From IMG/VR virus record IMGVR_UViG_3300020704_000001, positions 1 to 64,000 of that record: a stretch of DNA of 64,000 bases; one strand, written 5' to 3'. Positions 26,618 to 37,674 of this stretch are shown here, piece after piece. The notes beneath the pieces were generated by a model. That model saw nothing but the letters and a program-made list of their open reading frames with translations, searched no databases and was not told the DNA's origin. The translations under genes and the position numbers were made by a program. This DNA comes from a virus. Its lineage: Duplodnaviria; Caudoviricetes. Within the stretch, counting starts at the first letter, position 1, and each line of letters begins with the position of its first letter.

Positions 26618-29600
26618 TGAATACAAGTCAAAATATATCGACATTATTACAATCTCAATTGCCTGAATATATTAGGGGCGATCCATCATATTCAAATTTT
26701 GTTTCTTTTCTCCAAGCCTACTATGAATGGATGGAACAAGATTCAGATACAAATAACACAAATGTTTTATATAATTCTAAAAATATTTTAAATTATAATG
26801 ATATTGATAATACTACAGAAAAGTTTTTAGAATATTATGTTAATGATTTTTTACAATTTTTCCCAAAAGATTCTCTTGTATCGCCACAATTAGCAATTAA
26901 AGCAGCTAAAGAATTATATAGATCGAAAGGTACTCCAGCGTCTTATAAATTTTTATTTAAAATTTTATATAATTCTGATTTTGATTTATTTTTTACTAAA
27001 GATGCAATATTAGAAGCTTCTAGTGGGGTTTGGTATATACCTAAAAGTTTAAAATTATATACTACAGATACAGCATATTTAAATATACAAAACACAAGAA
27101 TATTTGGAGAAACTTCTAAATCAATTGCAACTGTTGAAAATTCTGTTCTTGCTGGAAATAAAACTGAAGTTTTTATTTCCAATATTGAACGTTTATTTAA
27201 TTCTGGAGAAATGGTACGAATCGTTGATTCTAATAATCAAGATATATACTTTTTAAATTCCCAAATAGTCCAAAAAGATCAAAACGGAAATTACCCAGTT
27301 GGAGCTTATAATCTACGAACAAAACTTGTAGGGCAAGTAAGTCAAATAAATATTGATCCACAAAATAGAGGTTTATATTATAATCCAGGCGATCCAGTTG
27401 TGGTATATGGAGGTTTAAATCAATCTATTTCTAATCCAATTGGAGCAACAGCCCATGTTGGAACAACTACATCTGGTTCTGTAAAACAAATAATTCCCAC
27501 AACTGGCGGATTTGGATACACATCAAACACGTTAATTTCGATCTCTAATGCTCCTGGAGCTATTGCAATAGTTGGATCATTAACTGCTCAACTACCTCCT
27601 GTTCCTGTAATATCAAATCCTGGAAGTGGGTATAATGTCGGCGATATTGTTATAAAGGGAAATACTCAGTCTCATTTTGCATTTGCTGACGTTTCGCAAG
27701 TTGATGAAAATGGTTCTGTAACAAGTATTATATACAGAAATGGTTTAAATGCAAATGTTATATTGGGGATAACTGCAAATGTTTTATCTTCGAATATTTT
27801 TGCGACAAATGCTGCAATCACAATATCTACTGTTCCTGGAAACGGTGCTGCAAATGCAACATATATTGTTGCTGATACTATTGATTTAAAACTTCAAGAA
27901 CCTCATCTTGGGCATTCTAGTGGAATTCAACTTGGAAGTAGCGCAAGTCCAATTCCATATTATTTTTCAAAATTGCCTTCTGCTAATATAAATTCTAAAT
28001 TATCTGACGCATTTACTTTTGAATCTTTTTCAACATTTGCAATTTCTTCAATTTTTGTTGAAAATGGTGGTGGTGGAATTGCATCATTACCATCAATAGC
28101 TGCTGAATCCATCTATCCAACAGATGTTTATGATCCCTCTGATCCAACAAATGCACTAGGGAATAATATTACTGGGAATCTGGCAAACTTAGGAATATTA
28201 TCTCCAATCCAAATTGTTAATCCAGGGACTGGTTATCAAATTAATGATAGAATTATTTTTTCTGGAGGCTCTGGATATGGCGCGAATGCAATAGTATCTC
28301 AGGTATCTCCATCTGGCGGGATTACACAAATAGACTTTAAATATCCAAACGCTGGAAACATAGAATATCCTCTTGGTGGGATGGGATATAAACAATCTTC
28401 ATTACCTGTTGTTGTTGTAAATTCCAGCAATGTCTTAGCGAGTAATGCTGCATTATTAGTTCCTGGAATTCTTGGTTCTGGTGCTACATTTTCTGTATCT
28501 ACAGATAGGATTGGTTCTGTTACAACAATAGATTTAGTAACATATGGCGAAGATTATATATCACAACCAAACGTTTCTTTATATATTCAAGATGTTGTTG
28601 TATCAAACACTTCAACTTCAGATATAATACAATCTGGTGACATTGTCTATCAAGGAATTTCTGCAAATAACCCAAGTTATGTAGCTACTGTTGATTCTGT
28701 TTCAGAATTAACATATAATGCAATACAAGAATCATCCTTATATAATTTAAGAGTATTTAATTATAGTTCTAAAATAAATCCAGCATTACCATTAGTTGTG
28801 CAAAATAAACCAATAAATTTAAAATTGGCTAATACTGCATTCCCATTAAATACATTTTACCCTGGAAGCCCAGAATATGATGTTAATGGAATAAAGACGT
28901 ATGGAGATGGAAATGCAAAAGCTACTTCAAAATTTTTAAATGGGTTGGCGATTGGGGCTGGACAATATTTGACTTCACAAGGTCAATTAAGCAGTTTTAG
29001 TGTATTACAAAACGAAAATTATAATAATTTTACCTATCAAATTACTGTAGAGGCTGAAATATCAAAATATAGGGAAATGTTATTAAAATTGTTGCATCCA
29101 TCTGGAATGAAGATTATAGGCAGATATTCAATAAAATCTGATGTAATGAATGAAATAACTGCATCAGACACATTAGTTTTCGGCCACACATTACAATATT
29201 ATTCAAGTTCTCTTCTGACAACTGCAACCATGGTTGCAGATTTTATTAATAAGAGTAATAATATTATATCATTTTCAAATTTGTTTGGTTCTGGAATTAT
29301 TGGAATTTTCGCAAATTCAATAGTTGAAATTACCTCATCTGCTGGAGATTCAATTAAATCTGATGTTGTGTCTATAGATACAACGAAAAATACAATAACA
29401 CTAAAAACTAATACTTGGTTAACATTTTCTAATGTTGCTTATGTTTCAGCAAACGTTGGGAGTAATACTATTTCAGTATTATCATTAACTGGTTCTTATG
29501 ATATTATAAATAGTGGGAACTATACTAACTCATCATACCCATTAATGGATATTGTTAGAGCTGGTGATAAAATTTTAATTCCAAATAATACGGTAAAAAT

Positions 29601-29817
29601 TGTTTCTGGTGTAGATTATATTAATAATAATATAATATTGACTTCAAATTTAACAAATGCTGCAAACAATTCGTTATTATCGGTAAATAGAACTTTTGTT
29701 GCAACAAGCCCGTATATTAAAATATATGGTTCTACTGGAACACCAGTTTTTCTTGAAATAACAGATCAATCTGGAAACTCGATAACAACACAAGATGGTT
29801 TAATAATTACAGCTTAA
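26617..29817 (+). CDS. Baseplate wedge gp7-like
   Basis: QLPEYI, FLQAYYEWME, LYRSKGT..SYKFLFKILY, LLHPSG; follows gp6. Confidence 0.75.
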   Translation: MNTSQNISTLLQSQLPEYIRGDPSYSNFVSFLQAYYEWMEQDSDTNNTNVLYNSKNILNYNDIDNTTEKFLEYYVNDFLQFFPKDSLVSPQLAIKAAKELYRSKGTPASYKFLFKILYNSDFDLFFTKDAILEASSGVWYIPKSLKLYTTDTAYLNIQNTRIFGETSKSIATVENSVLAGNKTEVFISNIERLFNSGEMVRIVDSNNQDIYFLNSQIVQKDQNGNYPVGAYNLRTKLVGQVSQINIDPQNRGLYYNPGDPVVVYGGLNQSISNPIGATAHVGTTTSGSVKQIIPTTGGFGYTSNTLISISNAPGAIAIVGSLTAQLPPVPVISNPGSGYNVGDIVIKGNTQSHFAFADVSQVDENGSVTSIIYRNGLNANVILGITANVLSSNIFATNAAITISTVPGNGAANATYIVADTIDLKLQEPHLGHSSGIQLGSSASPIPYYFSKLPSANINSKLSDAFTFESFSTFAISSIFVENGGGGIASLPSIAAESIYPTDVYDPSDPTNALGNNITGNLANLGILSPIQIVNPGTGYQINDRIIFSGGSGYGANAIVSQVSPSGGITQIDFKYPNAGNIEYPLGGMGYKQSSLPVVVVNSSNVLASNAALLVPGILGSGATFSVSTDRIGSVTTIDLVTYGEDYISQPNVSLYIQDVVVSNTSTSDIIQSGDIVYQGISANNPSYVATVDSVSELTYNAIQESSLYNLRVFNYSSKINPALPLVVQNKPINLKLANTAFPLNTFYPGSPEYDVNGIKTYGDGNAKATSKFLNGLAIGAGQYLTSQGQLSSFSVLQNENYNNFTYQITVEAEISKYREMLLKLLHPSGMKIIGRYSIKSDVMNEITASDTLVFGHTLQYYSSSLLTTATMVADFINKSNNIISFSNLFGSGIIGIFANSIVEITSSAGDSIKSDVVSIDTTKNTITLKTNTWLTFSNVAYVSANVGSNTISVLSLTGSYDIINSGNYTNSSYPLMDIVRAGDKILIPNNTVKIVSGVDYINNNIILTSNLTNAANNSLLSVNRTFVATSPYIKIYGSTGTPVFLEITDQSGNSITTQDGLIITA

Positions 29818-29837
29818 CAATTACATTAGGTTAAAAA

Positions 29838-30935
29838 ATGGCAACGATTAAAATTTCAGATTTACCTTCAAGTGGGTTAAATTCAAGTTCAAATACTTCA
29901 AACATATATTTTGTGATTGTTGATGCTTCTACGAATACAACATACAAAGCAACAGAAACGCAATTATCTCAAAGCATTTTTAATAGTAATATATTAAATG
30001 TTGGTCAAGCTCCGATAATTTTTCCGAATATAAGTGCGCAAATTTCTGGGAATTCTTCCCCATATTTGCAAATTAATCATCAGAATTTAATGCCAAATTC
30101 TTCAGTGGATTTTATTGGGACTGCTGACGTTGGAACAAATCTCTACAATTATATTGATCTTGGTATAAATGGTTCTACATTTTCTGACGCCACATATTCT
30201 TCAATGAATGCGTTAGATGGATATTTGTATGTTCAAGGGTCATCTTTATCCCCATATTCTGGGAATTTAGTAATTGGAACTGCTTCGGCTAACGCAAATA
30301 TAGTTTTTATTGCTGGCGGAACAACATCAAGCAATGTTGTGGGAAGAATGAGTTCAAATAAAATGGATATTTTAGTTCCATCTTCAATTTCAGCAAATTC
30401 TAATACTGTTGCATTTACAATAAATCAATTAGGAAATGGAGCTTCGTTCATTATTAATGACGAGACAGTACCTGACGCAACCCCATTCTATATTGATTCA
30501 AATGGAAATGTTGGTATTGCGACGACAAATACAGCAAATAATAAATTAACTGTTGTTGGTGATAGTTATTTTACTGGTAATTTTAATGTTTCTGGAAACT
30601 TAGCTATTAAAAATACAGTGGCATATACTCCAAGAATTTTATTTGGCGCACAAACAGCAATTACTATAAATTTCTCTACAGACTCCCTCGTTAGAGCAAC
30701 AATGGCTGCGAATCTTACAATGTCATTTGCCAATTATTCTCCTGGAAGAGTTGTTGAAGTTTGGATAACAAACACTTCTGGCGCGAGTCAAAATTTAATT
30801 CATGGCCTTGTTGCAGTAAACTCAACAGCAAATAACTATTTGTTTTCTATCCCTGGAAACTCAACAATAGTTTCTAAATTTATTTCGTTTGCTTCTGATA
30901 TTGGTAATACGTTTAATTCAATAACACACATATAA
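29838..30935 (+). CDS. Virion structural protein (fibre-like)
   Basis: MATIKISDLP N-terminus, GNVGIAT motif, Ser/Thr/Asn-rich. Confidence 0.6.
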   Translation: MATIKISDLPSSGLNSSSNTSNIYFVIVDASTNTTYKATETQLSQSIFNSNILNVGQAPIIFPNISAQISGNSSPYLQINHQNLMPNSSVDFIGTADVGTNLYNYIDLGINGSTFSDATYSSMNALDGYLYVQGSSLSPYSGNLVIGTASANANIVFIAGGTTSSNVVGRMSSNKMDILVPSSISANSNTVAFTINQLGNGASFIINDETVPDATPFYIDSNGNVGIATTNTANNKLTVVGDSYFTGNFNVSGNLAIKNTVAYTPRILFGAQTAITINFSTDSLVRATMAANLTMSFANYSPGRVVEVWITNTSGASQNLIHGLVAVNSTANNYLFSIPGNSTIVSKFISFASDIGNTFNSITHI

Positions 30936-30939
30936 AATT

Positions 30940-32331
30940 ATGGCAAATAATCAAACATTACTTACAAATGCTTCAAAATTTTCAGCAGTGAAAAATATGT
31001 ATTATTCACCTGTAGCATTGGTGCAAAATGCATTATATTCACAAATGTTTTGTTTTCTTTCACATGTTGATCCTTGGCCAGACGCAAATAACCCACCAGT
31101 CCCACTACAAGATCAACGATCACTAAAACAAATTATGAAAGGTATATTTGTTGCTAAACCGATTGGCACAAATCAAATGTCTCCTGTTATTAGAAGAATT
31201 AATTGGACAAGTGGATCTATTTACGATTATTATCAAGATAATGTTGACATGTTTGAAACAAACATGGTTAATGATATGATGACAGGTACATATACCTATA
31301 CATTCTATATCAATAACAAATATGATCAAGTATTTAAATGTTTATGGAACAATAATGGTGGAGCTTCAATTGTAGAACCATATTTTGAACCAGGATCATA
31401 TAACACAAATAATATATTTAAAGGTTCTGATGGATATAAATGGAAATATATCTACACAATAGATTATGCCTCAAAAGTTGAATTTATGGATACTAATTGG
31501 ATTCCAGTACCAATTAAAGAATATTCATCTAATCCACTGAAAAATCCTTCTGTTGGTTATGGAAATATTGATGTTATAAATGTTACTAATGGCGGTTCTG
31601 GATATTCAAACTCTGCAATTACTGTAACTATTTCAGGGGACAATACTACACAAGCAACTGGGTATGCTACTACTGATAATGGGACAATTTCAGATATTAT
31701 TGTAACTAATAGCGGAGCAAATTATATAACAGCAAATGTAACAATATCATCTTCTTCTGGATATGGAGCAACAGCAATTGCCCCAGTATCTCCAATAGGA
31801 GGTCATGGACAGGACGCATTATCAGAACTTGGGTGTTGTAATATTATGATCACAACAACATTTTCTGGAATTGAACAAGATACTTCTGGAACGCAAATGA
31901 TTCCAACAGATATAACATATTATCAATTGGGAATTTTGTCAAATCCAACATCAGTCAGTACCTCCCCAGATATTGCAAACCCGATTATATATAAAACAAC
32001 AACAGATCTAATTGTTGCTGGTGGTTTTGGTGTTTTTGTTTCAGATGAAATAATATATCAAGGTTCTAGTCTTGCAGCAGCAACTTTTACTGGTACAGTT
32101 TTATCTTTTGATCCTGCTTCAAATATTTTGAAGGTACTAAATACTAGCGGAATACTGAATATTAACGCTCCAGTTTTTGGAAATTTTTCAAATACAGTAA
32201 GAACTCTATTGGCGTATAATTTGCCTGATTTAGTTACTCTTTCTGGTGATATTGTATATATTGATAATAGGACTGGAATACAAAGAAGTTATGATGGTAT
32301 TGAACAATTTAAAATAGTATTGGGTTACTAA
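30940..32331 (+). CDS. 8: Baseplate wedge gp8-like
   Basis: RRINWTSG, VFKCLWN, DGYKWKYIYTI, GGHG, YIDNR..IQRS..EQFKIVL. Confidence 0.85.
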   Translation: MANNQTLLTNASKFSAVKNMYYSPVALVQNALYSQMFCFLSHVDPWPDANNPPVPLQDQRSLKQIMKGIFVAKPIGTNQMSPVIRRINWTSGSIYDYYQDNVDMFETNMVNDMMTGTYTYTFYINNKYDQVFKCLWNNNGGASIVEPYFEPGSYNTNNIFKGSDGYKWKYIYTIDYASKVEFMDTNWIPVPIKEYSSNPLKNPSVGYGNIDVINVTNGGSGYSNSAITVTISGDNTTQATGYATTDNGTISDIIVTNSGANYITANVTISSSSGYGATAIAPVSPIGGHGQDALSELGCCNIMITTTFSGIEQDTSGTQMIPTDITYYQLGILSNPTSVSTSPDIANPIIYKTTTDLIVAGGFGVFVSDEIIYQGSSLAAATFTGTVLSFDPASNILKVLNTSGILNINAPVFGNFSNTVRTLLAYNLPDLVTLSGDIVYIDNRTGIQRSYDGIEQFKIVLGY

Positions 32332-32343
32332 AAGGAAAAATAA

Positions 32344-35300
32344 ATGGCTTTAAATTTTAATACTCAACCATATATGGATGATTTTGATCCAAGTAAAAAT
32401 TTTCATAGAATATTGTTCAAACCAGGAGTAGCGGTTCAGGCAAGGGAATTAACCCAAGCACAAACAATATTACAAAATCAAATATCAAATTTTGCTTCTA
32501 GTATTTTTTCGCAAAATACTCCAGTTTCTGGTGGAAATGTTACTACAAATTTAACTACTAATTATATTAAGTTAAATCAGACATATAACAATTCTCCAAT
32601 AAAGGCTTCAGTTTTTTTAAATAAGTTAATAACCGATTCAACTGGAACAATTTTAGCGAGAGTAATTGCAACAGAAGAAGCAACGTTTCCAGGAACTATT
32701 TCTGGCGATCCACCAACATTAATTGTTACATATATATCAGGGACAAAATTTTCTGATAATATGGGAATTTTTACAACAGATAATACAAATTTTGCTGCTT
32801 CTTCAATTGGTATTACTGGTGGCACAACATGTACTGGGTTAAGTTCTGTTGCTTCGATATCTCCAGGAGTTTTTTATGTTGTAAATGGATATAATATGTC
32901 TTCCATCGCTAATAGTGATGGATCATTTAATAAATATTCTATTGGAAATTTTGTTTCTGTATTAGAACAAACTGTCATTTTAAGCAAATATAGCAATTCT
33001 CCATCTGTTAGAGTTGGTCTAGAAATAAATGAAACAATTATTGATTATGTTAATGATTCTTCATTATTAGATCCAGCTGTTGGTGCATCAAATTTCCAAG
33101 CTCCAGGGGCTGATAGATATTCGTTATCTCTAAGTTTAACTACTTATCCTTTAGATTTAGGAAATGATGACCTTTTTATCGAATTAGTTAGAATTGATGC
33201 AGGAAATATCCTAAAGCAAGTTGATGGTACTGTATATTCTACTATTGATGATTATTTCGCAAAAAGAGATTTTGAAACAAATGGTGATTACATTGTTACC
33301 CCATTTACGTTTACTCCATCAAAAAACTCTCTTGGAGACTCAACAAAGTACGATTTAAGTATAAGTAAGGGGATTGCTTATGTTCATGGTTATCGTATCG
33401 AGAACCAATCAAATTTAGTCCTAACATCAGATAGAGCAAGAAATTATAATGCTGTAAATGTTAATGATGTATATATTGATTATGGAAGTTATTTTTTCGT
33501 TGATTCTTTAAGTGGTTTTTTTGATACAACAACCCAACCATCTATAGATTTACATTGCGTTCCATCTGCAAATATTAATTCTACGAGTGTATCTACATAT
33601 AATTCAACATTAGTTGGTGCTGGAAATATTAGAGGATTAAGCTACGTTTCAGATAATGGAAATTCAAGCACTTCTACATACATATATAAAGCATATGTTA
33701 CTGATATAACAACAAAAAATTTAATTGGCTCAGTTACGAGCGCAACATCAACTTCAATCGTAATCAATGATCCATCAAATATATTTTCAGTGACATCTAA
33801 TGCATATATTAATATGCCAATAACTATAACAAGCGGAACTGCAGCTGGAGATATAAGAAACATAACATCATACATTGTTACTGGTGGTGTAAAAACAATA
33901 TCTGTAAATGCTCCATTTACTGTAAACCCATCATCAACTTCTACCTTTACATTGTCCATGTCTAGCACTGATGTTGAATCAATTGTCCAAACAGTAGGTT
34001 CTGGGTCTTATGCATTAACTGCTAACGTGAACATTAATATCGCTTCAGGAAAAAGTGGTTCTGTAATTTCTGGAGATGCTGTTTTAGAAAATCCACAAAC
34101 TCCAGAATTAATATTTCCAATAGGGAATCCTTATGTTTCAAGTATTTCAAATTCTTCATATACATCGACAAAAAACTGGAGAAACAAGGTATTTTCTTCT
34201 GGTGGAATATTAACACTTAATATAACTTCTGGACCATTAACATTTATAGGTTCTGGAGTATTATCTGACAGCACAATTAAACAAAATTATTTTATTGTTG
34301 ATTCTACAACCAATCAACTTTTAGATATTTCTAATTCTGATGGAACTACTATTACTGTAACACCATCCAAAACACAAATAACATTTTCAAATCCATCTTT
34401 TGCAAATAAACATGTAAATATTTCAACAATAGTAAATGTCACAAGCGCTGATAGTTCTGCTGGTGGAATATTAAAAGCAAAAAATTTGATTGTTGGTAGT
34501 AATACAACAATCAGTACATCTGGACCAGATAGTGGTGGTGCTTTAAATGGAACAACTTTTGTTGATTTAACGTATGGACAAGTTTATATTCTAAACACTG
34601 GGTTATCGAGTAGTAATATCTCTTTATATGTTTCTGATGTTAAAAAAATAACAAGAATTATTGATACAAAATCTCCAACCACTTTTCCATCATTTGGGAT
34701 GCTCACATCTTCTGCATATGATGTAACTAATTTATATTCGCTTAATAATGGCCAAAAAGACTCACATTATGATCATGCAAGTATATCTTTAATTCCAGGT
34801 GCTAATTCCCCAAAAGGAAATTTATTAATCATATTTGATAGATATTCTCACTCAAGTGGTGATGGTTATTTTAGTGTTCTATCTTATTTGTCAACAACAT
34901 ATGGCGGTATTTCCACATCTCCAGAACAATATCAAAATATTCCAACATATCTATCTCAAAGCGGAAATTCTTATAGATTATCTGATTGTTTAGATTTTAG
35001 ACCAGTCAGAGCTTCTGCAAAAAGTACATTTGCTTACGAATATAATACTCCTTTGTCTTCTGATGGTGGAATATTAATACCAAATGCAACAACTCAATTC
35101 CAAAGCGCATATTCATATTATCTTCCAAGAAAAGATATATTAATTTTAAGTAAAGACAAAAGTTTTAATATTATTGAAGGTACTGCTGCAACAAATCCAA
35201 TTTTCCCACCAACACCAAATGGGGCTTTGCTTCTTGCTAAGTTATCTTTAGATGCATACACTGCGTATGTTCCAGGAGAAAACCCATCAGGAACAATTCC

Positions 35301-37674
35301 AAACCTTTCTGTTGATCCAGTACCACATAATCGTTGGGCTAAATCGGATATTACAGATCTTCAAACAAGAGTAAATAATCTTGAATATTATACTTCATTA
35401 AGCATTTTAGAACAAAACGCACAATCATTACAAGTTTCAGATGCTAATGGATTAAATAGGTTTAAAAATGGTATTTTGGTTGATGACTTTTCTTCTTATT
35501 CTACAGCAGATACAACAAATCAAGACTTTGCTGCAAATATAAACATAAGAACAAAACAATTATCTCCAATTACAGTAGTAGACAATTTTCAATTAAATAA
35601 TCCTATTGTATTAAATAGTTTGGGAACATTAACTGCTACAAATACATTTGCTGTGTCAAGTCTTGGTGGAACCAGAACAAATTTATTTACATTACCATAT
35701 ACAACTTCTAACATAATAACTCAACCATTAGCGACAAGTACAATCAGTTTAAATCCTTTTGCTGTTACAATTTATCAAGGTATTGCTTCGTTATTTCCTC
35801 CTATGGATAATTGGGTTGATACTACACAATCTCCTGCACTATTATCAAATTCTCCTGGATTGCAAATTAGTCAACAAACAAATGGAGTTAATGTTATAAA
35901 TGCTGGTGATTTTGCTATAATCCCAGGAACTATATCTTCTTCGTCTTCTTCTACCTCTACTGGTGGAATAATAAATCATGGTGCATTTAATGGTCCATTT
36001 GGATCTCAAGTCGGGTATTCTGCAACAACTACAACGACTTATACAAGCAGTTTACTTCTACAAAATATCTCAACATCTATAAATTCTTCTCCAGCATTAA
36101 ATGTTAATAATGGATATTTAAGTAATATTGCTATCTTACCATATATAAGACCTCAACAAATAGGATTTAAAGTTAAAGGTCTTTTGGTAAATACACCAGT
36201 ATCAACATGGTTTGATGGGGTTAATATTGATAAATACATTTCTTCTCCAAATACAATAGAATTAACTGGAGTAACTGGAACTTTTAATGAAGGAGATGTT
36301 GTTGGTTTTTACATCTTAAACGTATTTAATCCAACAGCAAGGGTTGAAGGAACATATGTTTATCCAGGAACATCTAATGTTAGGTTGTATGTAACAAATT
36401 TAATCGGTGCTCCTACATATACAACAACAAATGTAATTCAAAATGCAAATTTTGACGCCAATGGTAATTACTCAGGAACTACTGCCAGTGGAAGTGTAAA
36501 TTCTGGTGTTACTCCTTTATTAACTTCTGGACAAGTAACTTCGGTTGGTGGTTCTTATACACTTTCTGGTGGAGGAACTACATATATGATTTATGCTGTA
36601 CAAGACCCAAATGAATGGTGTTCTTTTATGAATCAATATGCAGTATGGCAGGATTTAAATTCTTCTGTTTCAACTTGGAATTCTCCACTATTCTATCAAA
36701 CATTATCTGCTGGTTTATATACATACACATTAGCTGTTGATAATACTGCAACAATATATTTGGATGGTTCCGCAATTACAACATATTCTGGATTTACAAC
36801 TCCAGTTACTGGGATAATGACAGTCGCAACAACTGGCAGCCATTCAATTTCTTGGAGCGCAACAAATACTGGCGGTCCAGCAGGGTTTGCACTCTCTATT
36901 AAAGACTCTTCTGGAAACGAAGTATTTAATTCTAGAACACCACCAAACGCAAGTTATAATAATGTAGCACAGGAACTGGTAATGCCACAGGGTGGTGCTT
37001 GGTTCTCTGGCGCCACAGCAATTGCATTAGATCAAAATTGTTCAAGTATTCCAAACTTTTATGTTGGAGCAACAATAAATATTACATCTACATATGTGTA
37101 TTCTTACACACTACAAACTGCAACATATGTTCCACCACCTCCTCCTCCAAGCGGTGGTGGTGGTGGCGGTGGTGGCGGTGGTTCTATAATTTGTACAAAA
37201 TTATTTGAACTTGGATTACTTGACTGGAGTATTTATGAAGCTGATGAGGCTTTTGGTAAAATGATCAAAGAAAATAATCCAGAAATTTATGAAGGATATA
37301 TTCGTTGGGCATCTATTGTTGTTGATTGGATGAACGGTTCAGGTCCAGATATTATGTTCTGGATCAAAGATGATGTTCAAAGAAAAAATAAACAAAAAGA
37401 AATGGTAACAAAATGGACACAAAGAATTGCAACTCCATGGGCTGAGCATATGGCATACAAAATGGGTGTTCTTGAAATGGATAATAAAGTTGGAAAATTT
37501 ATTATGTCTGTTGGATTCCCAATTTGTAAAATTGCAAATGTATTAATAAATAAGAATAAGAAACCAAACATAATAATTGGCTATAGTATGTGGGCTTTAT
37601 TTTCGGTTTTGTATTCAATTAGTACAATTTTCAAAAAAGAAACTAAACAATCGGTGGAAGTAAATGTCATATAA
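32344..37674 (+). CDS. Large virion structural protein (DUF4815/VrlC-like), N-terminal part, ending in a Pro/Gly linker and an IICT domain
   Basis: PYMDDFD..FHRILFKPG..VQARELTQ.Q, APGADR, RVNNLEYYTSL, RFKNGILVDDF. Confidence 0.85.
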   Translation: MALNFNTQPYMDDFDPSKNFHRILFKPGVAVQARELTQAQTILQNQISNFASSIFSQNTPVSGGNVTTNLTTNYIKLNQTYNNSPIKASVFLNKLITDSTGTILARVIATEEATFPGTISGDPPTLIVTYISGTKFSDNMGIFTTDNTNFAASSIGITGGTTCTGLSSVASISPGVFYVVNGYNMSSIANSDGSFNKYSIGNFVSVLEQTVILSKYSNSPSVRVGLEINETIIDYVNDSSLLDPAVGASNFQAPGADRYSLSLSLTTYPLDLGNDDLFIELVRIDAGNILKQVDGTVYSTIDDYFAKRDFETNGDYIVTPFTFTPSKNSLGDSTKYDLSISKGIAYVHGYRIENQSNLVLTSDRARNYNAVNVNDVYIDYGSYFFVDSLSGFFDTTTQPSIDLHCVPSANINSTSVSTYNSTLVGAGNIRGLSYVSDNGNSSTSTYIYKAYVTDITTKNLIGSVTSATSTSIVINDPSNIFSVTSNAYINMPITITSGTAAGDIRNITSYIVTGGVKTISVNAPFTVNPSSTSTFTLSMSSTDVESIVQTVGSGSYALTANVNINIASGKSGSVISGDAVLENPQTPELIFPIGNPYVSSISNSSYTSTKNWRNKVFSSGGILTLNITSGPLTFIGSGVLSDSTIKQNYFIVDSTTNQLLDISNSDGTTITVTPSKTQITFSNPSFANKHVNISTIVNVTSADSSAGGILKAKNLIVGSNTTISTSGPDSGGALNGTTFVDLTYGQVYILNTGLSSSNISLYVSDVKKITRIIDTKSPTTFPSFGMLTSSAYDVTNLYSLNNGQKDSHYDHASISLIPGANSPKGNLLIIFDRYSHSSGDGYFSVLSYLSTTYGGISTSPEQYQNIPTYLSQSGNSYRLSDCLDFRPVRASAKSTFAYEYNTPLSSDGGILIPNATTQFQSAYSYYLPRKDILILSKDKSFNIIEGTAATNPIFPPTPNGALLLAKLSLDAYTAYVPGENPSGTIPNLSVDPVPHNRWAKSDITDLQTRVNNLEYYTSLSILEQNAQSLQVSDANGLNRFKNGILVDDFSSYSTADTTNQDFAANINIRTKQLSPITVVDNFQLNNPIVLNSLGTLTATNTFAVSSLGGTRTNLFTLPYTTSNIITQPLATSTISLNPFAVTIYQGIASLFPPMDNWVDTTQSPALLSNSPGLQISQQTNGVNVINAGDFAIIPGTISSSSSSTSTGGIINHGAFNGPFGSQVGYSATTTTTYTSSLLLQNISTSINSSPALNVNNGYLSNIAILPYIRPQQIGFKVKGLLVNTPVSTWFDGVNIDKYISSPNTIELTGVTGTFNEGDVVGFYILNVFNPTARVEGTYVYPGTSNVRLYVTNLIGAPTYTTTNVIQNANFDANGNYSGTTASGSVNSGVTPLLTSGQVTSVGGSYTLSGGGTTYMIYAVQDPNEWCSFMNQYAVWQDLNSSVSTWNSPLFYQTLSAGLYTYTLAVDNTATIYLDGSAITTYSGFTTPVTGIMTVATTGSHSISWSATNTGGPAGFALSIKDSSGNEVFNSRTPPNASYNNVAQELVMPQGGAWFSGATAIALDQNCSSIPNFYVGATINITSTYVYSYTLQTATYVPPPPPPSGGGGGGGGGGSIICTKLFELGLLDWSIYEADEAFGKMIKENNPEIYEGYIRWASIVVDWMNGSGPDIMFWIKDDVQRKNKQKEMVTKWTQRIATPWAEHMAYKMGVLEMDNKVGKFIMSVGFPICKIANVLINKNKKPNIIIGYSMWALFSVLYSISTIFKKETKQSVEVNVI

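Noticed and set aside
37186-37674. Canonical intein/Hint domain at IICT
   Set aside because: No recognisable TxxH block or terminal HN motif; sequence looks helical. Kept as an unknown domain.
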